A stretch of 32,000 bases of DNA from an uncultured bacterium (GTDB lineage: Bacteria > Patescibacteriota > Gracilibacteria > UBA1369 > PNNO01), in the NCBI GenBank assembly GCA_963704705.1, contig OY969931.1, forward strand, positions 360,001-392,000. The letters run 5' to 3'. The notes beneath the pieces are model-generated. The model searched no databases. It was given only the letters and a program-made list of their open reading frames with translations, and was not told the origin of the DNA. Shown piece after piece: positions 8,376 to 16,279 of the stretch (positions are counted from its first letter, which is position 1; the number at the start of each line of letters is the position of its first letter). A program made the position numbers and the translations under genes.

Positions 8376-10373
8376 TTAATAAGCAGCGTTAATTTTTGTT
8401 TGTATTTTGGGCATTATCTCTATAGGAAATTTAAATTCAACAGGTGTCGAAGTATAGTTTTGATTTTTAATAAATGTTTCAAGTTCTTCGCGTTTATCTG
8501 CGGATAGTGCTGATTCAACATTTTCTTTTCTCCAAAGTCCCAAAGACATAGGGTGTTCTCCAAGAGCAGCTGAAAGACAGTGCATAAGGTAATAAGCAAG
8601 CACACTCGGATTCCAATGTTTCTTAATACGATGCAATTTATAAAAGTTTCTTAAAATATCTAAAAATTCCTTAACCTGCTGCTCGCTTGTAAGCCCGTTT
8701 TCAAATTCAACATTAGGATGCGAACTGTCAGCATTATTAAAATTCAAATCAACAATTTTCATACCTGCTTTTTTCCTGTTTTTAGCTGCTTGAGGCGAAT
8801 TAACATAATCTTCATAATCAAATGAACCCGGCAACAGGGTGTAAATAAATGGGGTAACAATGTCTGCTCCGAGCTGTTTTGCATCTTCCGCAATCTGTTT
8901 GCCGCAACCGGGTTTGTCTCCTTCAAGCCCTACAATACAAGTGTAATTTACTGCAACGCCTCTTTTTTGCCACTCACCAATTACCATTTTTGTGTAGTCG
9001 AATACATCTTGCTTTGTTACTTCTTCAAAGGGTTTATTAAAATGTCTGGCAATATGAACAATGTTTTGTTTTTTATCCATTTCCTTTAAAACTTCCGGAT
9101 CAAAGCTTTCCTGACCAAAGAAAATCATAAAAACACCGGCATTTTTGCACAAATCCATGAATTCGGTGTCAATTTCATCATTTTTAACAACTTTTAAGTC
9201 AGATTGGAACATTATATTAATTTCCGCACCTGTTTCTTGTCTTACCCTAGCCATCATCACGAGAATTTCTCTGCAATTTTTATTTCTTAAAAAATTATTA
9301 TCAGTTATAAAAATAGTTTTAATACCTTCTTCAATTGCAGCCCTGTAAACAACTTCGGTTTCTTCAACGGTTTTATATCTCATCTTTCTGCCTTCAATGG
9401 TAACTGACGAACAAAATCTGCATTTATGCGGACAGCCTCTTGAAGCCTGGAAAGTTGCCATTGCAGATGCGTAGCCTTCAATTCTGGTTGGCTTTGGTAA
9501 GGGAATATCTGAAATATTTTCAACCAATGGATATTTGTATTTAGGCTTCAATTTACCATGCAATACATCAGCAAGAATATTTGCGAATCTGCCTTGTTCA
9601 ATCTCACCCTGTACAGGAATTACCCCAATCTCGATCAATTTAGCAACCGAGGCTTCATGGGTTATTATATGGGGCCCGCCCATTAAAATTTCGATATTTA
9701 AGTTGAGTCTAAGTGCAATTGCTTTTAATTGAAGAGCTATATCGTAAGCTCGCATAAATTGATTTGTTTGTATGCTTGTTAAACAAACAGTAATTTTGCG
9801 ATCCGGATTTTTTAAAGCGTGTTGAACAATTTCTTGTACCTGAATACCGTCTCCTGCTTTATCGTCATATTCGGCAACCTTAACAGGTACTCCATCGATT
9901 TGGCTTGGTGTTGCTGCTTCAATAATAGAATTTGCTCCCTGAGGCATGAAGGCAGCTGCAAATCTTTTAACTTTCTCCGAATTTCTATAGCGGGAAGGAC
10001 TACATAAAAGAATATCCAATTGTGTAGGAAGATTATCAGTATTTTCATTGGAATGTTCAGATGTGAATTCCTCTTTAAATGTTATTTTTCCATTTGGATT
10101 TGCAATTCTTTGCGGAGTTCTTAGTTTTGGCTCATTTTCAGGTATTATGCCAAATCTTTTCCCTATATCTGAAACCCTTTCCCTTACTGCTTCAGAAGCT
10201 TCAAACAATGGAATTAACATATCTCTGCAGTTAGCCAGTCTTCCGTTTCCAACTATAAAATCACCAAATTTTTGAATCAATGGGTTATTGAATCCAGCTT
10301 TAAGGCAAAATTTTAAAATTTCTCTTTGATCAGGTATTTCAGGAAGTCTTAATATGTTTTGAATGTGTTCCAT
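8376..10373 (-). CDS. B12-binding-domain radical SAM protein
   Basis: CxxxCxxC cluster motif in FQASRGCPHKCRFCSSV, Rossmann-like cobalamin-binding-style region with MGGPH, and ITDNNFL. 665 aa. Confidence 0.85.
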   Translation of the reverse strand: MEHIQNILRLPEIPDQREILKFCLKAGFNNPLIQKFGDFIVGNGRLANCRDMLIPLFEASEAVRERVSDIGKRFGIIPENEPKLRTPQRIANPNGKITFKEEFTSEHSNENTDNLPTQLDILLCSPSRYRNSEKVKRFAAAFMPQGANSIIEAATPSQIDGVPVKVAEYDDKAGDGIQVQEIVQHALKNPDRKITVCLTSIQTNQFMRAYDIALQLKAIALRLNLNIEILMGGPHIITHEASVAKLIEIGVIPVQGEIEQGRFANILADVLHGKLKPKYKYPLVENISDIPLPKPTRIEGYASAMATFQASRGCPHKCRFCSSVTIEGRKMRYKTVEETEVVYRAAIEEGIKTIFITDNNFLRNKNCREILVMMARVRQETGAEINIMFQSDLKVVKNDEIDTEFMDLCKNAGVFMIFFGQESFDPEVLKEMDKKQNIVHIARHFNKPFEEVTKQDVFDYTKMVIGEWQKRGVAVNYTCIVGLEGDKPGCGKQIAEDAKQLGADIVTPFIYTLLPGSFDYEDYVNSPQAAKNRKKAGMKIVDLNFNNADSSHPNVEFENGLTSEQQVKEFLDILRNFYKLHRIKKHWNPSVLAYYLMHCLSAALGEHPMSLGLWRKENVESALSADKREELETFIKNQNYTSTPVEFKFPIEIMPKIQTKINAAY

Positions 10374-10522
10374 TATATGTTTGTGAGAGGCCGGAGATAT
10401 TTTATAATTTTGTTTTTAAAATTTCAACAGTAGAATTTTTGATATTGCAGTATATTGACAAATTTATAAAAAAGTGGTATTATTTACAATGTAAGAATAT
10501 ACCAATAATAAAAAACAAAAAT

Positions 10523-11104
10523 ATGTATAAAAAACTCATGGCATTCTTATTTTTATGGATTTTGCCAATATCAATTTTTGCAAAGGGGTATGTTGTAACC
10601 GAGGGGTATATTGTCCCTGAAAAGTTAGCGATTCTTTCAAATCATGAAGTTTCAGCAAATATTAGTCTGGGACAGGATGTTACTTATGTACGAAGTGTAA
10701 TATCTGAAGTTGTTATGGAAAAAGGCAGTTATATTGAAAAGGATGTAAATGAATTGATTTCTGAAAAAAACCTGAAACCTATAAATACGGATTATAATGT
10801 TGAAAAGTTAAATTCTGACGCAGTTCTTGATTTGCCTAAGCAACTTAAACAAATCGAAAAACTGGAAAAGGCAGAAAAAGTTCAAAAAACCGAGAACTTT
10901 GCCTTGAAAGCTTCTGTTAATAAAGTCGATAAGTCTGAAAAGGTTGAGAAAGTAGAGAAAGTTGAGAAAGTAGAGAAATTAGAGAAAGTAGAGAAATTAG
11001 AGAAGGCTGATAAAATTGAGAAAGTTGATAAAGTTGATAAAACTAACAAATCGAAAAAAACAAATAATTCCAAAAAACGGTCTAAAGGAACACATAAAAA
11101 ATAA
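10523..11104 (+). CDS. Hypothetical secreted protein with C-terminal Lys/Glu/Val repeat tail
   Basis: Signal-peptide-like MYKKLMAFLFLWILPISIFAKG and a highly charged KVEKVEKVEKLEK tail. ATG 10523 is chosen over the track start because it puts the signal peptide at the N-terminus. Confidence 0.6.
   Translation: MYKKLMAFLFLWILPISIFAKGYVVTEGYIVPEKLAILSNHEVSANISLGQDVTYVRSVISEVVMEKGSYIEKDVNELISEKNLKPINTDYNVEKLNSDAVLDLPKQLKQIEKLEKAEKVQKTENFALKASVNKVDKSEKVEKVEKVEKVEKLEKVEKLEKADKIEKVDKVDKTNKSKKTNNSKKRSKGTHKK
10922..11043 (+). repeat. Imperfect in-frame tandem repeat of about 9 nt units (GTTGAGAAA / GTAGAGAAA / TTAGAGAAA)
   Basis: Visible repetition in the DNA encoding KVEKVEKVEKVEKLEKVEKLEKADKIEKVDKVDK. 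Confidence 0.85.
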
Positions 11105-11107
11105 AAA

Positions 11108-11668
11108 ATGAAAAAAATCATTGTGCACACAATGTTGATAGTTACGCTTGCATTATCTGTATTGCTTTTTATCCAGTATGAAAATATGCAAAATGAAGAT
11201 TTGGAAGCGAATATATTATTGGAAAAGAATGATAATTATCAGGATGAGAATATTTCGAATTATTCTGAAGAACAATTTAATGTGATTGAAAAATATGGAA
11301 AACCCGATGAATTTATAATTAATTTAAATTATAACGATGAACCCCGATATGAGGTTTGGAAATATGTGAGTTTGGGTAAAATTTTTATTTTTGAAGGAGG
11401 TAAGTACATAAGCAGTACCGATTATGATTTCAATATACCTAAAGAAATATATTTACGGGCAAAGATTTCACCAAAAGATGTTTATAATTTAAAAACTATT
11501 AATGATTTGAATTCTTTATTGGAAGTAGAACCAACCGCAACAGATGAAATAGATCAGGAATTATTAAAAAATACAGTGTATTTTGATTACGGAAATGTAA
11601 TATCAGCTGCAACTACAGATGATAATCTTATATTTATTAAGACTCAGACTTTTACAATTGGTGATTAA
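11108..11668 (+). CDS. Hypothetical membrane-anchored/secreted protein
   Basis: ATG start 3 nt after the preceding stop, and N-terminal hydrophobic anchor MKKIIVHTMLIVTLALSVLLFIQ. No family recognised. Confidence 0.6.
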   Translation: MKKIIVHTMLIVTLALSVLLFIQYENMQNEDLEANILLEKNDNYQDENISNYSEEQFNVIEKYGKPDEFIINLNYNDEPRYEVWKYVSLGKIFIFEGGKYISSTDYDFNIPKEIYLRAKISPKDVYNLKTINDLNSLLEVEPTATDEIDQELLKNTVYFDYGNVISAATTDDNLIFIKTQTFTIGD

Positions 11669-11680
11669 TTCATCAAAAAT

Positions 11681-13828
11681 TTAAGCCTTGAATCTTTTAA
11701 CTCTAAGACTGTTTGTAATTACCGAAACCGAGCTCATAGACATTGCAAAACTGGCAATAACAGGACTTAATAATCCAAATCCGGCTATAGGTAAACCAAT
11801 TACATTATAAACGAAGGCCCAGAAAAGATTTTGCTTTATAGCTTTAAAAGTACGCTGTGATAACTTTATTGCAGTATAAACTTTCTCAGGAGAACCTCGC
11901 ATTATTACAATATTTCCGGTTTCAATAGCTACATCGGTTCCTGTACCAAGTGCAATTCCAAGGTCAGATTGAGCAAGGGCTGGAGCATCATTTATCCCGT
12001 CACCTACAAATGCAACTTTCATGCCTGTGTCCTGAAGATTTTTTATTTCTTTGGCTTTGTGTTCGGGCAACACTTCGGCAATTACATCATTAATGCCAAG
12101 TTGTTTTGCAATTGCTTCTGCGGTTTTTTTATTGTCGCCGGTTATCATCATTACATTGATTTTTATATTTTTAAGTTTATCAACCGCTTCTTTTGATTCT
12201 GATTTCAAGGTATCCATTAAACCAATTACACCGATCAAATGATTGCCGTGAGAAACATATACAGGTGTTTTTCCTTCGTTAGTTAATTTTTCTACTTGTT
12301 TTTTTGTTGTTGCCTCTATAGGAATATGGCTTTCTTCCATTAATTTTAAATTTCCAAGTCTAAGATCAGTTTTGTTTTCTTTACTTTTTGCTGTAACTCC
12401 TTTTCCTTTAATTTCCCTAAAATCTTCAAGCTTTGTTTCGTCTGAATTTTGTTTTTTACCAAATTCCGCGATTGATTGCGAAAGTGGATGGTTTGAAAGC
12501 ATTGCCAGGCTATAAGAGATTTTAAGCAGTTTGTCTTTTGCAAAATCAAATGGAATAACATCAGTTACTTCGGGTTTCCCTTCGGTTAAAGTTCCGGTTT
12601 TATCAAATATAACAACATCAATCTTGTTTGATTTCTCAAGTGTTTCACCATTTTTTATAAGTATTCCATTTTTTGCTCCAACACCTGTTCCAACCATTAT
12701 TGCTGTTGGGGTTGCAAGCCCAAGAGCGCAAGGGCATGCAATAACCAATACAGCAACCGCAGGAAGTATGCTTGTTTCAATATTTCCCGTAATTAAAAAC
12801 CAAGCTGTAAATGTTATAATACCAATTATTATTACAATAGGTACAAAAATTGAAGAAATTTTATCAGCAAGTTTTTGGATGGGAGCTTTTGACATTTGAG
12901 CTTCTTCAACCATTTGAATTATTTGAGAAAGCACTGTGTCTCCCGCTGCTTTGGTTACGGTTATTTTAAGATTCCCATTTTGATTTAATGTTGCACCAAA
13001 AACCTCATCGCCTGCTTTTTTATCAACCGGAATACTTTCTCCTGTTAACATACTTTCATCCAAAGAAGCCTCTCCTTCAGTGATTTTTCCGTCTAATGGA
13101 ATTTTTTCACCTGCTTTAATATGAAGAATATCTCCGACTTTAAGTTTTTCAACCGGAATTTCCACCTCTTTCCCATCTTTAATAACTCTGGCATTTTTAG
13201 CACCGAGTTCCAGCAATTTTTTTAGGGCATTACTTGCTTTGCCTTTGCTAATTGCTTCAAGCCATTTCCCCAGATTAATTAAAGTAATAATCGCAGCTGC
13301 AGCTTCAAAGTAGACATGATGTCCACTAAACATAGCCCAAACGCTGTATGTAAATGAGGAAAGCGTTCCAAGAGACACAAGGCTGTCCATATTTGAAGTG
13401 AAATGGATCAGCTTTTTTGCTGCATTTTTATGGAAGTGATATCCAAATACAAATACAACTATTGCAGTTAAAATCGCATAAGCCCACATTGGCAACAAAT
13501 CAGGCAAAAACATCATACTAATTACAGGGACAGTAAATATTGCTGCACCTAAAAATCTGTAAAACGCTGTTTTTACTTCTTTTTTTGTTTCAGCTTCCAT
13601 ATTTGGTTCTTTGCCGGTTATTTCAAATGCACCATAACCAGCTTTTTCAATTGCTTTAATTACCTCATCAATACTGGTTTGCTTCTCATCATATTCAACC
13701 TGTGCTTTATTATTTGCGATATTAACCTGCGCATTTTTAACACCATTTACATCAAGTATTGCGTTTTCGCTGAGCTTTGCACAGCTACCGCAGGTCATGC
13801 CTGTAATTTTTAAATTTTTTATTATCAT
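11681..13828 (-). CDS. copA: Heavy-metal (copper-type) translocating P1B-ATPase
   Basis: HMA domain ITGMTCGSCAKL, TM motif VIACPCALGLATPTA, DKTGTLTEG, and MITGDNKKTAEAIA...VGDGINDAPALAQSD. The track ORF begins at TTG 13846; ATG 13828 (MIIKNLKITGMTC) is the likelier start. Confidence 0.9.
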   Translation of the reverse strand: MIIKNLKITGMTCGSCAKLSENAILDVNGVKNAQVNIANNKAQVEYDEKQTSIDEVIKAIEKAGYGAFEITGKEPNMEAETKKEVKTAFYRFLGAAIFTVPVISMMFLPDLLPMWAYAILTAIVVFVFGYHFHKNAAKKLIHFTSNMDSLVSLGTLSSFTYSVWAMFSGHHVYFEAAAAIITLINLGKWLEAISKGKASNALKKLLELGAKNARVIKDGKEVEIPVEKLKVGDILHIKAGEKIPLDGKITEGEASLDESMLTGESIPVDKKAGDEVFGATLNQNGNLKITVTKAAGDTVLSQIIQMVEEAQMSKAPIQKLADKISSIFVPIVIIIGIITFTAWFLITGNIETSILPAVAVLVIACPCALGLATPTAIMVGTGVGAKNGILIKNGETLEKSNKIDVVIFDKTGTLTEGKPEVTDVIPFDFAKDKLLKISYSLAMLSNHPLSQSIAEFGKKQNSDETKLEDFREIKGKGVTAKSKENKTDLRLGNLKLMEESHIPIEATTKKQVEKLTNEGKTPVYVSHGNHLIGVIGLMDTLKSESKEAVDKLKNIKINVMMITGDNKKTAEAIAKQLGINDVIAEVLPEHKAKEIKNLQDTGMKVAFVGDGINDAPALAQSDLGIALGTGTDVAIETGNIVIMRGSPEKVYTAIKLSQRTFKAIKQNLFWAFVYNVIGLPIAGFGLLSPVIASFAMSMSSVSVITNSLRVKRFKA

Positions 13829-13932
13829 TATATATATATTGATCAATTAAACTCATATATGCAAGCGACAAATCTCACTTTATTATTTGAATAAGATTTG
13901 TTAATCTAATTTAAGAACCTAATCTAAATTAT

Positions 13933-14103
13933 ATGACTACAGTAAGATATTATCGAAATGAAATTGTGAGATCGGGAATCGGTATGGGAACAGCTCTTGC
14001 AATGATTCTTAGCTGGTCCGCTAACAGCTCAATTCTATGGGCAATTATTCATGGTTTTTTAAGCTGGTTTTATGTGATTTATTTTGCTCTGTTTAAAATG
14101 TGA
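13933..14103 (+). CDS. Small membrane protein, 56 aa (not in supplied ORF track)
   Basis: Manual translation gives MTTVRYYRNEIVRSGIGMGTALAMILSWSANSSILWAIIHGFLSWFYVIYFALFKM*. The SWSxNxSILWAIIHGxLSWxYVIYFAL pattern resembles a recurrent small bacterial membrane protein. Confidence 0.65.
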   Translation: MTTVRYYRNEIVRSGIGMGTALAMILSWSANSSILWAIIHGFLSWFYVIYFALFKM

Positions 14104-14122
14104 TTGATTCTTTGGAAAACGA

Positions 14123-14875
14123 TTAATGTACAGGCAAAAACAATAATAGAAACATAATACCTGCTCCAATAAAAATACTTATCAATTGAAATATTGATAT
14201 AGAAATTTTAGTTTCTTTATGAAGTTCCGGTATTAAATCTGTATTTGCAATATATAAAAATCCGCCAATTGTAATAGGAATAATAACACCTGTTACATCG
14301 ATATTTGCTCCTATAATTAGAACCACTAATGCACCTGCAACAGCTGTTAATGCCGATAAGAAGTTAAACAACAAAGCTTTACTTGCTTTCATGCCGGAAT
14401 GTAAAAGTACGCCGAAATCCCCCATTTCCTGAGGGATTTCATGTAAAATCACCGCGATTGTGGTAGCAATCCCTACAGGAATACTTAGCATAAAGCTACC
14501 TGCAATCAATACACCATCAATAAAATTATGAATCGCATCCCCAACAAGATTCATAAATGCCAAAGGGTGTATGTGATTTTTGCAAGCTGTTAAATGGCAG
14601 TGACGCCAATGTATAATTTTTTCCAAAACAAAGAAAATAATTATTCCCAGTAAAATAAAAAAAGATGATTTCAAATTTAAAGCTCCTTCTTCCGCTAATT
14701 CCGGAATCATGTGTATAAATACATCTCCGAGCATTGCACCAGCTGCAAAACTCACCATTATTATTAGAATCTTTTTAATAATTTGCTGTTTAATTACCAT
14801 TACAATTGCACCGATCAGAGAAATCGAACTTACAATCATTACTGCGAATAACGAATAAATCCAAATATCAATCAT
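14123..14875 (-). CDS. ZIP-family divalent metal (zinc) transporter
   Basis: Conserved TM IV/V motifs NLVGDAIHNFIDGVLIAGSF and ILHEIPQEMGDFGVLLHSG. Confidence 0.9.
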   Translation of the reverse strand: MIDIWIYSLFAVMIVSSISLIGAIVMVIKQQIIKKILIIMVSFAAGAMLGDVFIHMIPELAEEGALNLKSSFFILLGIIIFFVLEKIIHWRHCHLTACKNHIHPLAFMNLVGDAIHNFIDGVLIAGSFMLSIPVGIATTIAVILHEIPQEMGDFGVLLHSGMKASKALLFNFLSALTAVAGALVVLIIGANIDVTGVIIPITIGGFLYIANTDLIPELHKETKISISIFQLISIFIGAGIMFLLLFLPVH

Positions 14876-14887
14876 TTTAATTTTTAG

Positions 14888-15259
14888 TTAAGAGCACTTT
14901 TTGCAAATGCCTGAAATAGTTAAATTATGAGAAATATGCGAAAAATTTTTTATATTTTCAAATATATGCTTGCATGGCAGACATTCTGAATATCCGCATT
15001 TTTTACAAATAATATGATGATGCTGTTTTTTATCCAAATAATAATATTCCTTATCGTTAAGCCTTTCTTCGAAGACTATTCCTATAGTTTTAAAGAGATT
15101 TAAAATTCTATAAACTGAAGCCAAATCAATTTTCTTTTTAAGTTTATTGTGTATTTGACTCGCATTTAAAGGCATATGATTTGTTTCAAGGAGTTCAAGA
15201 ACCATTAGTCTTGGCTTTGTTAACTTATAACCTTTATTTTGAATAATTTCTTCAAACAT
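14888..15259 (-). CDS. Fur/Zur-family metalloregulator
   Basis: GYKLTKPRLMVLELLE, SVYRILNLFKTIGIV, HHHIICKKCG, and two CxxC pairs. The start is placed at ATG 15259 (MFEEIIQNKG) rather than track position 15307, because the upstream part overlaps a palindromic operator-like element. Confidence 0.85.
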   Translation of the reverse strand: MFEEIIQNKGYKLTKPRLMVLELLETNHMPLNASQIHNKLKKKIDLASVYRILNLFKTIGIVFEERLNDKEYYYLDKKQHHHIICKKCGYSECLPCKHIFENIKNFSHISHNLTISGICKKCS

Positions 15260-15271
15260 ATTTAGATGGTA

Positions 15272-15300
15272 TTCTAATTGCAAACAATTTGCAATTAGAA
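15272..15300. promoter_or_regulatory. Candidate Fur/Zur operator (autoregulatory)
   Basis: Perfect inverted repeat TTCTAATTGCAAA-CAA-TTTGCAATTAGAA (13 bp arms, 3 nt spacer), 12 bp upstream of the preferred Fur/Zur start. Confidence 0.7.
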
Positions 15301-15330
15301 ATTTCATTTATATTACCAGCTAATAAAATC

Positions 15331-15339
15331 TGATATAAT
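15331..15339 (+). promoter_or_regulatory. Extended -10 promoter element (TGATATAAT)
   Basis: Exact TGn plus TATAAT just upstream of the EamA gene and facing it. Confidence 0.55.
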
Positions 15340-15362
15340 TCAATTATTGATAATTTGATTAT

Positions 15363-16259
15363 TTGAAAGGAATTTTAAAACATAAAGAAATTCAGGGTGA
15401 AATATTTATATTTTTAGACAATTCGATTTGGGCGCTTTTTCCAATCTTTGTTATTTTAACGGTTTCAAAAATATCATCGATTTTTGCAGCAGCCATAAGC
15501 ACTTTATTTGCTGCTTTATTTTTTGCAATCCTTGTAACTTATAAAAAACAATGGCACGAGATTAAAGTAAAAAAAGCCCTCAAAGATATTTTGATTATGA
15601 CCGTACTAATTGGAATATTATTTTACATATTACTTTTTATTGCAGTTGAACAGACCACAGCAGGTAACGCATCAATCATCCTTTTAATGGAAGTGTTTTT
15701 TACAATGGTGATTTTGGGCTTATGGAAAAAGGAAAAGCAAACAATAAAAAGTGTCGGCGGCGGTTTTTTAATGGTGATTGGCGCTTTTTTTGTAATGTTT
15801 AAAGGTGGATTTGTGCTTAATCAGGGCGATATCTTAATTCTTTTAGCTACCATTCTTCCGCCTATTGGCAATTATTATTCTCAAAGAGCCCGTAAATTAG
15901 TTGGTTCAAATATAATTATGTTTGTTAGGAGTATGGTCGCGGGACTTTTTATGTTAGGTCTTGCATTTATTGTTGAACAAACACCGTCATTAATTGATAT
16001 TAAGGATTCATTATTAAATTTATTTATAACCGGATTTGTAATTCTTGGTTTATCTAAGATTTTTTGGATTGAAGCAATTCACAGAATAAGTATTACAAAG
16101 GCAATCACATTAACTGCTTATGCTCCTGCTTTTACTTTGATATTTGCTTATTTTATTCTTGGAGATATTCCGACAATTTGGCAGATACTTGGCTTTATTC
16201 CAATGGTAGTTGGCATATACTTAATTACAGAAATCAAGAATTTTGCGAAGCAAAAGTAA
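15363..16259 (+). CDS. EamA/DMT-superfamily permease
   Basis: Around 10 hydrophobic segments with EamA-style repeats (C-terminal ITKAITLTAYAPAFTLIFAYFILGDIPTIWQILGFIPMVVGIYLI). The start codon is uncertain; no ATG is near the N-terminus. Confidence 0.85.
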   Translation: MKGILKHKEIQGEIFIFLDNSIWALFPIFVILTVSKISSIFAAAISTLFAALFFAILVTYKKQWHEIKVKKALKDILIMTVLIGILFYILLFIAVEQTTAGNASIILLMEVFFTMVILGLWKKEKQTIKSVGGGFLMVIGAFFVMFKGGFVLNQGDILILLATILPPIGNYYSQRARKLVGSNIIMFVRSMVAGLFMLGLAFIVEQTPSLIDIKDSLLNLFITGFVILGLSKIFWIEAIHRISITKAITLTAYAPAFTLIFAYFILGDIPTIWQILGFIPMVVGIYLITEIKNFAKQK

Positions 16260-16279
16260 CCTGATATAATCGTTTTGCT

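Noticed and set aside
10882-11130. Minus-strand ORF (82 aa, SAFSNFSTFSNFSTFS...)
   Set aside because: Antisense translation of the KVEK repeat; its apparent repetitiveness is a by-product of the plus-strand gene.
12531-12899. Plus-strand 122 aa ORF (and 11969..12196, 12051..12242)
   Set aside because: Antisense shadows of the copA P-ATPase core motifs.
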